Positions 1 through 11,426 of a stretch of 64,000 nt of DNA are shown in pieces. This stretch comes from Felis catus. Lineage: Eukaryota. Made by a program: the position numbers and the translations under genes. The stretch spans positions 171,556,001 to 171,620,000 of the forward strand of contig NC_058368.1 in the NCBI RefSeq assembly GCF_018350175.1, read 5' to 3'. The notes under the pieces are model-generated. The model saw only the letters and a list, made by a program, of their open reading frames with translations. It did not search any database and was not told where the DNA came from. Within the stretch, counting starts at the first letter, position 1. Every line of letters begins with the position of its first letter.

Positions 1-19
1 TCCCAGAGCAGACCCAGCT

Positions 20-195
20 GGATTTGGTCCTGGCTCTTCCTTCATCATCACCATGGAACCTGGAACAAGTTACTTGACTTCTCCAAACATTCTTCATAGG
101 CTTGCTGTGAGGATTAAATACATGAATTCCTAAAGTCTTTAGAATAGTCCCTGGTTCATACTAAATATGCAGCACATACTAGTGATGATTATTAT
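20..195 (+). mobile_element. MIR fragment
   Basis: Core-like words caagttacttgacttctc and gttgctgtgaggattaaat-like sequence. Confidence 0.6.
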
Positions 196-1108
196 TAAGG
201 TCTGAGGGTCAAATTCTTATTAAATGTCTTTAGCCAGTCTAAGGTACTTGTTTATGAATTCAAGTTAATCTTTGAGGAACAGAAATTTAGATAGTAATAG
301 GAGAATTTTTGGCCCTAGTGAGAGGCCTTCCTTAAATCTTACTTTTCTGAAATAAAATCACTTTAAAAAAAGAAAAAAAAGGAACAATCCTCTATCCCTG
401 CCCCTCCATGTGGGGGAACAGCAAGGGAGAAGCAATAAAGCACAGGGGGGAGCATCAGAGTCTCCCATAGAAGTGCACAGCAGAAGGGCTTCCGGTGCCC
501 TGCGGGTCAAGGGTTGGAGGTCCCAAGGGCCAAACTGACCAGTTTCCATTTTCACACATTCCTCAATGTAGAGGCAATTCTCACAACAGGGAGTAGGAGC
601 TGGTTCACCTTGAGCCACTTTATTCCCAGCACTTTTGTGTTTACCATGGTGAAAACATTCACACTCTCCTGACACCTCTGGGTCAGGAATCACAGGTCAC
701 AGGAGGATCCAAGAGAATCTTCCTGCCAGGTTCCCCTTTCCCTGCCCCTTCACTGAGGGGAGAAGTACCTGATCTGTTGTACAATAATAGCAGTAAGTAT
801 ACAGTGTAATTGTAATATCTTATACAACCCCCTCACCTCTTATTCCTAGAACAATTATTCACACTAAATGTATGTCATAGTCATATTATTATGATTTTAT
901 TACAGTACTGAAGTCTATCCCCTGTATGTATCATCTTCACGATTTTCCACTCATACAGCAATTACTGTTTTTCCATGTTTTTAAAAGGTAAAGTAACCAA
1001 TATAGGTAAGTGTAGTCACTTGTAACACAATTCTCATTATTCTGATCCTTATCATTTCTCAATTTTTAAAGGTGTAGAATCACTCACTTTTAAAATAAAG
1101 GCATTTGA

Positions 1109-1325
1109 GGGGCGCCTGGGTGGCGCAGTCGGTTAAGCGTCCGACTTCAGCCAGGTCACGATCTCGCGGTCCGTGAGTTCGAGCCCCGCGTCGGGCTCTG
1201 GGCTGATGGCTCGGAGCCTGGAGCCTGTTTCCGATTCTGTGTCTCCCTCTCTCTCTGCCCCTCCCCCGTTCATGCTCTGTCTCTCTCTGTCCCCAAAAAA
1301 ATAAACGTTGAAAAAAAAAAATTTT
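1109..1325 (+). mobile_element. Young felid CAN-SINE (SINEC_Fc type)
   Basis: ggggcgcctgggtggcgcagtcggttaagcgtccgacttc head, (CT)n region and A tail. Perfect 15-bp TSD aaataaaggcatttg at 1093-1107 and 1326-1340. CpGs intact. Confidence 0.96.
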
Positions 1326-1667
1326 AAATAAAGGCATTTGGAACAGAGGCCAGGATCTGTTAACTGCTTTCAGAGCTCACAGTGACTACTAAGGAGATAT
1401 GGTTTTGGTGTTATAATAATGGATCCTAGGGAAACGCTGATTTATCCAAATAGAGTGCAATCAATCCAAATGTTAAGCTGTGTGTTGAACACAGAGCAGA
1501 CCCTTTCCCTCTAAGTATATAAAGTTATGGATGCTTCCTATAACATGGAAACAGGTGGATGGAATGTTTCTTGCCATTCATGTTTAATAAAAAGTTTTGA
1601 CTATTCCTGGATTTTTCCAAAGAGGATAAAACCGAGGAAAACACACACAAATAACCATAAACACTTG

Positions 1668-1870
1668 CATTAGGTTTCTATTGCTGTCATAACAACTTAT
1701 CACAAACTTAGAGGTTTATGACAATGTCCATTTATCATCTCCAAGTTCTAGATTTCTTGGAGCAAAGTTTCTCTGCTCCAAAGCCAAAATCAAGGTGTCA
1801 GCCACCTGAAGTTGTTGAGGGTTACTGGCCATTAGAAGCTCTCTCCATTTCCCTAGATTTCAAGACACAC
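1668..1870 (-). mobile_element. MaLR MLT1 LTR fragment
   Basis: attaggtttctattgctgtcataacaacttatcacaaacttag...aaaatcaaggtgtcagc resembles the reverse of an MLT1 3' end. Confidence 0.65.
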
Positions 1871-2143
1871 ATAGTATGAGGCCTTAGTTTCAGCCCTACA
1901 TCACATCTACACATGAAGCCTTACCAAGTGCTTGGGACAGGAAAGGAGGGGATGGGATGGGCCACTGGTCTTACTGTTTTCTGTCTAATCTCAACTTGAA
2001 ACTAAAAAGAAACTGAAGTTTGAGGACAGCTTCCTGTTCTCTCCTCCTAACATCATCATCCCAAGAAAACAAACTTTACAAAAAGATTCTTTAAACTAAT
2101 TCATTTTTGGTTTTGCTTTCCTTCCAGGATGCTTTTAAGTCAC

Positions 2144-2170
2144 AAAAAAAAAAAAAAAAAAAAAAAAAAA
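2144..2170. repeat. Poly(A) tract, 27 nt
   Basis: Uninterrupted A run. Confidence 0.95.
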
Positions 2171-2814
2171 CCAAAAAACAGGAAGCTTTTAACTAAATCT
2201 AATAAAGACTCATTAACATGACAAAAATCTCCCATCAATGATAATCTATATAATTTCAAAATAAATCTCTTTCTTTGAGAGCAATCAGATTTGTGTGGTG
2301 AAAAAGTACAATGAAGCTTCTGAGATGAGTTAGAAATTACAATTCTGCAGCAAAAAAAAAAAAAGGGTATCAGGACAGTCAAATGCTGTTCAATCAGCTC
2401 AGTGCACATTAGATATGCTAGGCGTCAATCCAGCGCTCGCCGTGCACAAATCTTATTTGATTCAAATGGAAACCAGGGGTTACAGAGGTCAGACGATGAT
2501 AAATGCACCAAAACATAAATAATAAACATGAGCCACCAGTTTCACAAGCTAACATCTTAAAATGTAAAACCCACTTACACTCAACCAAGAGAAAGAAATG
2601 ACCTTGGAACCAAGGAGTCATACTATAATGGCCCTTGCCACGGCTCATTATGAAAAAGCCATCAAACATAGCACGTGTCTGATCACCACAAAACACATCA
2701 GGCAGCTACCCCATAACCCAAAAGTAAAAAGGGCACAAGAATTTGCCAATGAACACGATACTCCAGTTTTGAGGCCTACATTCAGAACATATGTAGGCTC
2801 TAAAACTGGGATAT

Positions 2815-3130
2815 TATTCATTCAACATTTATGGAATACCCACTATATGTGCTCTATGTCATATCAGACCCTATCCTGGGGCATTTGGGGTAACAAAGAC
2901 TCAGCCCTGAGGCACTCACAACCTAGCAAGAGACACAGACATAGAATTACAATACAATATGCGAAGTGAGATAATAATGTATACGAGATGAATACGTATG
3001 AGATGACAAAATTATATACTAAAACACTAGTTCTGCAGGTTAAGTGTAGGAAGGCATCACTGAAGAGAAAAACTTTGAATAGCAGTTCATGAATAAAAAA
3101 CTTTTCCAAAATACAGAAATGGAGAACAGA
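2815..3130 (-). mobile_element. L2 3'-end fragment
   Basis: attcattcaacatttatggaatacccactatatgtg... resembles the reverse of the L2 3' terminus. Confidence 0.6.
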
Positions 3131-3211
3131 GCCTTAACTTTTTATAAAGATGATGTCTACCAACTCAGCAACTCATTAAGCAAATACATTTTTAAAATCT
3201 AAAAGCATTTT

Positions 3212-3425
3212 AAAAAATTTTTTTAACGTTTATTTATTTTTGAGAGACAGAGTTAGAGCACGAGTAGGGGAGGAGCAGAGAGAGAGGGAGACACAGAATC
3301 CAAAGCCAGCTCTAGGCTCTGAGCTGTCAGCACAGAGCCTGATGCGGGGCTCAAACTCACGGACTGTGAGATCGTGACCTGAGCTGAAGTTGGACGCTTA
3401 ACCAACTGAGCCACCCAGCTGTCCC
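3212..3425 (-). mobile_element. CAN-SINE
   Basis: Reverse SINEC (tttatttatttttgagagacag...ctgagccacccag). Degenerate TSD taaaatct(a/t)aaagcatttt. Confidence 0.93.
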
Positions 3426-5124
3426 TAAAATCTTAAAGCATTTTTAAGTGACAACATAGAAGGTATTCCTCCAAGTCCTTTACAGCTAAGCATGGCATTG
3501 AAATCAGCGCTGCCCAATAGCTAACAAACACTCAGCTAAGAAACCAACGTTCACAGAGGACTTCCACTAAGAGAAAAGGTGCATCCAGTCTTTCCATCTG
3601 CTCTGGGTTCGGGGGAGGGAGGAGCAGAGAGCAGATCACTGTCCACTGTGGGGCTGGGCTGCAGAGAGTGGCTTTTCTGAATTGCACTTTGGTGTAAAGC
3701 CTACTTGCCTACCTCAATGGTCAGAAGGAGAGACAGCCTCATCTCTCGTTCTCTCTCAACATTTAAGCAGTTCGTTCTCTAGAAAAATCTATCACTTTCT
3801 TCCCCTTCTTTCCCCTTACCCTGCTATTTCAAATTTATATCCTGTAATTTGTATATCCTCACAAGCTGGATTAGATCCTCCTTTGTAGAATGGTAACAGT
3901 TAACCAAAATGGAACCATCTCTCTTTCTAATTCCTACTGTCAGCTTCCTCACACAAGACAATACGAACAGACTACAGCCCCAAGACACAGTCACTAAGGA
4001 GTCAAGACAGTAGCCCTCTTTGGCTCTGGCCCTCTGCCAGGGTACAAGAGGTGAGCAGTTAGGTGTTCTTACCTCTTCAGTCCTATCAATCCTAATAACA
4101 GCATTTATGTGACCTGGGAAGAAATGACAGACAGGCCCAAGTTCCTTCTTACTCTCTGACAGTCTTGGCTAAATGCCCTGAGCGTCTTTCATTCACCTTG
4201 GCTGATAATGTCTCAATTTCATCAATTTCCTAGGTAAGAGTCTTGGAATTAGATCTTAAAACTCTAACACTATCCAGTAAATCAATATCCTAACCTTCAG
4301 AAGATATATATTAAATTCACAGTCCGACCTTTCATCTGACAACTGTTCTTTCAGAGAGTCCTAGAGTTCTAACGGTACAACAAGCCCTAAAATTTTTTAG
4401 ATAAAGCAAGGACAACATAAAATAATAAAAACTTTGCTGCATCTTATTTCACACTGGCTGTAATGCTGATTCTCTTTGGAGATTTTAAGAATGCTACAAT
4501 GATATTTAATAATGTTTCCTGGAGATCAAAAAAGGTTTTAAAAGCACACACAGTTTTTGTCAGTTAAAAAAAAAAAGCAATCTCTTGATCTAAGGGAGTA
4601 GTATAAAAAGAATTGACCATCCATAGGGGACAACAGAGCCACAAAAAATGATACTACAGTTCATTCCTAGGGAGTTTGAGGAGTCGACATAATTTGCACA
4701 TATGTTCTAAGAAATCCAGCACTGTTGTGATAGTTATTTGTGCTTTTCCCAGTGCCTCTGTAGACGGATCCCATGACCTCTAAGCAACATGAACAGAATG
4801 TGATTTTAATTTGCTCCTTGGTATGAATCACAGAAGCTGTAGCTCCTCAGGTAAAACCACCATAATGGAGCTAAGTCACAGCAGCAACAGAAATAAGGGC
4901 CTGAAACTGAACAATCTACATGGGACTGGGGGGAGGGTGGGTCGTAATTAGACCTCATTTTTCAATGAAAGTGGATTCCAATGTCTCACTATTGGTTCAT
5001 TTGGCTCCTCATGAGGTGTCATTGGCCCCAGGGACTATTCCTCAGTTCCCATCCATGGACCCTGGCACCAATCTAAGAGTTCTAGAAATAATGGTTAAAA
5101 AAAAAAAAGGGTAATAGTAACATA

Positions 5125-5295
5125 CAACAGTTATTAAATGTTTACCATGTGCCAGGCACGGTTGAAGACGTTGCATGTATTTATTCATTTAATCCTCTTA
5201 TAACTGTATGAAGTAGGAACTACTATAATTGTCATTTTGCAAATTAGGAAACTGAAATACTGAATATTTAAATAACCTGCCCCAAATTATAGAAC
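5125..5295 (-). mobile_element. MIR
   Basis: ccatgtgccaggcac...cattttgcaaattaggaaactga. Confidence 0.7.
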
Positions 5296-5714
5296 AGAAG
5301 ACCCAAGAAACTGACCCCCCTTCCATGTTAACCTAAGGTCAAGCCACTCTCTGGGGCACTGTCTGGATAGGAACATATAACCTCAGTTTCAAGATTCTTA
5401 CCCTCAACTGCCAATTCCTCCTTTCTCAGCTCACTCCCTCTAAAATTCTGATTCCATCAGGACACACAATTCAGTCATCCTACTGCCTGTTCACAGTCCC
5501 TCCTTCCCAGCCCACACCCATGTCCTCACTTGCATCACATGCCAGGCAAAGGTGTCACTTCCAGTCTTCCTCATTTCCCTGGCACAATCTTCCCTCCATA
5601 ATATCCACTGAAAAAAGCCCTCTACCTCGCTATCTTCCCTGTGCCAGCACCTAGGAGGCTGGTCATAAACGGAGATTCAAATTGTACAGCCACAAATGTG
5701 CTCATTTTGTAATT

Positions 5715-5741
5715 ATTTTTAAGTTTATTTTTATTTATTTT

Positions 5742-5773
<32 letters not shown>

Positions 5774-5961
5774 CAGAGAGAGAGAATGAGAATGAGAATG
5801 AATGAGCAGGGGAGGGGCAGAGAGAAAGAGGGAGACAGAATCCCAAGCAGGCTCACGCTATCAGGGCAGTGCCCAATGCAGGGCTCACGAACTGAACCGA
5901 TCATGACCTGAGCCAAAATCAGGAGTCAGATGTTTAACCAACTGAGCCACCCAGGCACTCC
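5715..5961 (-). mobile_element. CAN-SINE with (GA)n expansion
   Basis: Reverse SINEC ending ctgagccacccaggcactcc. Confidence 0.92.
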
Positions 5962-5989
5962 TAGATGGGCTCATTTTAAATTCATTATC

Positions 5990-7250
5990 AATAACCCAGG
6001 GGAACCGAGAACCCTACCACATTTTATTCTTTCACTTGCCTAGGTAACTCCACACTTTCTGCTCTCCTCTTCTCATACTCTGAGCTGATGACCTTGCTTA
6101 TTTCACAGAGAAACTTGAAGCAGTTGGAAGACAATGTGCATGGCTTCTCATGACATCTACCAAACCTGCCTGCATCTGTGCTGATGTCTTCTATCACTAT
6201 AGATGAGCTGTCCCTGCTCCACTGAACCTCATCCCTTCTCCACTATTCAGGAACATTTTTCTAGCAACTTTCTGCTTCCTTTCCAGGACTGAAGTTTCCC
6301 TTTCTATAAAATCATTCCTAGCACAATTCATGCCTTTATTTCTCCCATAATTAAAAAATAAATAAATAAACAAAAGGTCTTTTTGACCCCAGTATCTGCC
6401 CATTTCACTTCTGCATTTTAAATCTCTGGGGAAGAAATGGTTATTCTATACTATGTTTGCTCTCCTCCCTCTTGAACTCCCTTTAGAACACATTCCGCCA
6501 CCTACTTCTAAATCTAGTGATGGACGCCTTCACCCTTGAAAGGCATTTGTCATGTGGTTTCTAGGACACCTGTCCATATGGCTTCTGCTCTCACCTTACA
6601 GGCCGTATACACCTTCACAATTTCCCTTACTGGTTGCTCATTATCTCTTTAAGCAGGAGGAAAGCTAGACTGCCCCAGGCTCATACTTACAGCAAGGCTC
6701 CTGGCTTTAAATTCCATCTATGTACCGACAACTCCCAAATGCATAGCCAGACCAGAACTGTCCCCAGAATCCAGCTGCCTACTTGACATCTCCACTTAAA
6801 TGTCTATCAGAATCTCAAACTTTACAAGTCCAAAAGGGAAATGATGGTTCTAATCCCTCCTAGAAAAACCAGTTCTCCTGCAGTCTCCCGCATCCCCATG
6901 TATGACGCAACAGTCCTCCATTGGCTCTGGTCAAAACCTCTTTACCTTCTATCTCTTTGATCCATCTGCAAATCCTGTTGGCTCTATGTTGAAAACGTAA
7001 ACAGAATCTGGTAAATTCTCACCACTCCCAGATCCAAGCGGTCATCCCAGTTTACCTGGATTTCTTTGGCAACCCCTTTACTGGTAAGCCCTCCATCTAC
7101 CTGTGCATTGAAAGGAATTCTGTTAAAAGAGAGATCAGATCACTTTACACTTCTGTTCAACATCCTGCAGTGGTTTCTCTTCTCACTCAAAGTAAAATCC
7201 AAAGTCCTTATGATGGCTGATAAGGCCCTGCAGGATCTGGCCTCACTCTC
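5990..7250 (+). mobile_element. L2 ORF2/3' fragment (degenerate)
   Basis: L2-typical words: ggctttaaattccatctatgtac, cagctgcctacttgacatctccacttaaatgtct, aaatcctgttggctct, aagtccttatgatggctgataaggccctg. Confidence 0.75.
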
Positions 7251-7254
7251 CATT

Positions 7255-8815
7255 GCGTGTTTTTGCATGAGGCAGCAGGAAGGACCTGGAGGAGAGTGTA
7301 AGTGAAAGCCTTGGGGCCCTCAAGAAGGCTGCTGGGAGGGCCTAAAGGAAAGCAAAGAGAAAGCTGTTAGAAGCAAGAAGAAAGAGGACCCTCACTAGGA
7401 CAAAGAATTTAGCAATGCTGTTGCCTGTGGCAACATGGAAAATAAAAGATGTCCCTAATGAGTTGGATGATCCAGATAAGGAGATGTGCAGGCAGACTGT
7501 TCAAAGTGCAAACTGACTTCTTTTGCTGCCTCCAATGAAATCCAAGAGCAGAGAGATAAGCTGAAAAGAACTGTTAAATATAAAGGATCCAGGTCTTACT
7601 GGGTTTGAAAATAAAACTCTCATCCCTAGGTTTATCAGAAGGCAAACAGTGTGCTACAATTAAGAAATGGCTTCTGGGCAAAGACTGAATCCAGAGTGCT
7701 GTCAGGAAACCATGGATGTAGCTAAAATTTTATTAATTCTCAAAAAGATCAAATATGACCCCTTCAAACTAGCAAAAGGTCTTCTAGGAATCTTAAGGGC
7801 ATTCTTCGCTAAAAGCCTCACAAGGAATTTCAGGTATAGAAGAGGTTATTTCAAAGTGGTTTGTGGGTGTTGCCTTTGTCTAACAGAGCTGATTATAAAT
7901 CAATTAATAAGAAATACACAGTGTTTTTAAACAGAATTAGTTCGGCCTCAGCTAAAGGAACAGAGACACTACACACTGAAAAGACGCTTTTGGACCTCCA
8001 ATCCTCGACAGGCAAAAAGTAGGCTGAGAACACTACTGAGCTGCTAACACACACCACTTTTCATGGAAAGGGAAGAAAAATTCAGAGAACAGAACCAAAA
8101 GCCCAGCCAAGCCAATCAACACGTGAACACTCCTAGGCAGTAAGACCAAGCTCTAATTAAAAGAAAAGGCTACATGTGCCTGGCTGGATTTGGGGACTGT
8201 TACAGGTGGGCGACTGCTATGTGCCTGTCTCCCCCCATTCTAAATGAAAGTGTCTTTCCAGTTATCCTACCTATGTGTTGAATAGTAGTGTGGGAGGGTG
8301 TGAATTTATCTTTCTTACCCCTTTAATTCACAGGTCTTCAGATTGAGAGGAGCCATACTTAAGGGTTTTAACTTGAAGAACAATACCAGAGCCTGATTTG
8401 ATGAAAACGTGGACCTCAAGTATGACCTCCAAATCTCATCATAAATGAGATTTGGGGAGACCTTGGGAGGACAGGTGCATTTTACATGCAGGAAGAATAC
8501 AAATACTTTTGGCCAGGAGACAGACTCCTGTTTAAAAAAAATTTTTTTTAATGTTTGTTTATTTTTAGAGAGAGAGAGAGCAAGCAGAGGAGGGGCAGAG
8601 AGAGAGGGAGACACAGAATCCGAAGAAGGCTCCAGGCTTTGAGCTGTCAGCAAAGAGCCCAACGCGTGGCATGAACTCACAGACTGCAAGATCATCACCT
8701 GAGCCAAAGTTGGACATTTAATCAACTGAGCCACCCAGGTGCCCCTAGACTCCTGTTTTAAAGCTTGTCTGCAAACTGGTTGACACTCTTCCCATCAAAT
8801 GGTATAATCTACTCT
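7255..8815 (+). mobile_element. MaLR (MLT1) internal-region 3' fragment running into the start of its 3' LTR, split by a SINE
   Basis: MLT1-int-like 3' end (gggaggacaggtgcattttacatgcaggaagaatacaaatacttttggccaggagacagac). After the SINE comes an MLT1-like LTR start (gacactcttcccatcaaatgg). Confidence 0.6.
8535..8745 (-). mobile_element. CAN-SINE
   Basis: Reverse SINEC with TSD agactcctgttt on both sides. Confidence 0.94.
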
Positions 8816-9167
8816 CTCTTCTTTTCCAATTTCCTAAAATGAAAATAACCAAGGTCTCAGGACTGACAGATCCTATGAGAAAAGGGCTGAATCCTATGAG
8901 TGGGCCCTAAGACAATGATTTTGTGTGGCCCAGGAGACACTTGTTCTTTCTTAGCAATTTCTGCTGACATTTCAGATAGCTGAAGTTGCTCCCTACACAT
9001 TCCTAGCATCTGCATAAGTGAGGTATCACTGTTCAGACTAGGGATCATTTCATCTTGAAATAAAGTCTTAAATCTGACATAGTCTGAAACTGTAGTAATT
9101 AAAGTACACAGGTGGTTTAGCTAGGGTTTGGTTAAACTCTGTACTAGTAACTGAACACAAACATAGC

Positions 9168-9395
9168 TTTATTTTATTTTTTTTACATTTATTTATTTTT
9201 GAGAGACAGAGACAGAGCACAAGTTGGGGAGGGGCAGAGAGAGAATGAGACACAGAATCCGAAGCAGGCTCCAGGCTCCGAGCTGTCAGTGCAGAGCCCA
9301 ATGCAGGGCTTGAACTCACGAACCATGAGATCACGACCTGAGCTGAAGTCAGACGCTTAACTGACTGAGCTTAAACTGAGCCACCCAGGTGCTCC
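9168..9395 (-). mobile_element. CAN-SINE
   Basis: Reverse SINEC with TSD caaaca(t/c)agcttt. Confidence 0.93.
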
Positions 9396-9659
9396 AAACA
9401 CAGCTTTAACTAACATGTTACTTGGCACAGAGGAGCCAAGCCAACCCCAGGGATTATAAAGTAAGTAGGATGTAGACTCCCTGCTCAGCGCCACTGCATG
9501 GTTATGCCCAACTCACACAGCTAGCACAGCTGCACATGGCAGCCTTGCCCTTTTTATTCTGCATTTATAGTCTATTTCTCCCTAACAACCTTAAAACCCC
9601 TAAAATCTCATGACTTTAAAAACCTAGGGATTCCTAAATGTGACTCTAGCCTTTCAGGA

Positions 9660-10240
9660 GCCCAAACTATTCACCTAACGTCTCTTCTTGGATGTCCACT
9701 GGGCATCTTAAGCTTCACCTATCCCAAACACAACTATTGACTCCTCCACCCCTTCCAAAACCCAGCTCTTCAGTCAGATCCTTTCACGTCCACGCTTGGA
9801 ATTCTTAACAGTATCATCTATGTGGCCCACCCCAGGCTGCTAGGCCCTGTGTAATGTGAACCCTACCAATCCCACTTCATCACCCTCTTTCTTGCTACGA
9901 TCTTGCATCACTGGTCTTCTTCTAGTTCTGGAACACCTCATATTTGTCCCTGCCTTAGGGCCACTGCCCTGCTGGCTCCTTCTGTCCACTAGGACCTTCC
10001 CTTCTTGCCATGCAAATCTCATTTTAAATGTCATCTCAGAGATGCTTTTTCTGACACAAGAGAAATGGCATCCCAGTCACTTTGGCATATCATCTTCTCC
10101 AAAGCACCTATCACTACCTGATATCTGAACATACATGTGTGGTTTGTAGAATATAAACTCTAAGACTATTGCTGCCCATTGTACTCTAGTTCCTGAGACA
10201 CAGTGGTTAGTCAGTAAATATTTATTGCATGATTGAAATG
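9660..10240 (+). mobile_element. L2 3' fragment
   Basis: tcttggatgtccactgggcatcttaagcttc ... tagaatataaactctaag ... tcagtaaatatttattg (L2 terminus). Confidence 0.7.
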
Positions 10241-10394
10241 GAGATGAGAAATAGCAAATGCTCTTCTTTCCTCACAGTCCCAGATCAGGGATGCTGAAGA
10301 GAAAAAGAACACTAAAGAATGTTAAACAAGAAATTTCCTCAATAAAAATCCTCTGTAAAATATCCTGCAACTCCAAAAATTGATAGATATCTTT

Positions 10395-10635
10395 TTTTTA
10401 AGTTTTTTTAAAATTTATTTATTTTGAGAGAGAGAGAGAGAGAGGGAGGGAGAGAGGCAGGCAGAGGGAGAGGGAGAGGGGCATAGAGGGATAGAGGGAG
10501 AGAGAGAATCCCAAGCAGACTCTGCACTGTCAGCACAGAGCCCAATGTGGGGCTTGAACCCATGAACCACAAGATCATGACCTGAACTAAAATCAAGAGT
10601 CAGATGCTTAACCAACTGAGTCACCCAGGCACCCC
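10395..10635 (-). mobile_element. CAN-SINE
   Basis: Reverse SINEC with a purine-rich (GA/GGGA) expansion. Confidence 0.92.
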
Positions 10636-11377
10636 ATGGGTATCTTATAAGAAAAAAACTAAGCTCCTATATACCATCAGCTTTTAAAGGGCCTATTTTT
10701 GTTGACTCAAAAAGTAACTTTCACAGCAAAATACACAGTCCAAAAGAGAAAATGGCTAAGTCTTGCCTTCCACCTCTCCCACAAGCACCTGCCCAATTTT
10801 GAACAATTCCTGGAGCACCTCTTTACTGGACTTGGTCACACAAAAGGTAGGCAAACTGGTCACCTTAGCTTTTAGAGCATACAATACATTTGAAACTTCA
10901 TAAAATTTAAGACAAAATAATATAGGAACAACACATAAAATACATCTTTTCAAGTAGGCTACCAGCATATCCCAATCAAATATCTTTTTATATTCATGGA
11001 GAAAATCCTTTTAAGATTCAGAATAAAGTCAACTCAAGGTCAATTTATCACTGGTTTGTATCAAAACTCTAAATTAAAAAAAAAAACTAGCTTCCAATGA
11101 TAATCAAGAAAATGTCTAGAATCATTAACTCTAAAACCACTGCTTTCTCATTAGCCAATCAATCAACTGTCTGAAATTCTATCCTGTATAGTTCATTTTG
11201 ATTTAACCAGGGAGAAGAACAGTCTAACCTAATAAAATGTTCTTAGTAAAGAAATCAGCAATATTCTTGTCACACACTTACGCAACTAAGAAGATGTGGG
11301 TCACAGAAAGCCTGTTTTCATTGACAAAACCACTTAGCATGTCCACATACTTTATTTAAATACAAGCCTATGTGGGG

Positions 11378-11426
11378 GCATACACACATGCACACACACA
11401 CACGCACACACACACATGCACATGCA
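11378..11426. repeat. Imperfect (CA)n microsatellite
   Basis: catacacacatgcacacacacacacgcacacacacacatgcacatgca. Confidence 0.85.

Noticed and set aside
358..693. 111-aa Cys-rich minus-strand ORF
   Set aside because: Does not match the expected next EPB41L4A exon or any motif I recognise, and it ends in a low-complexity tract.
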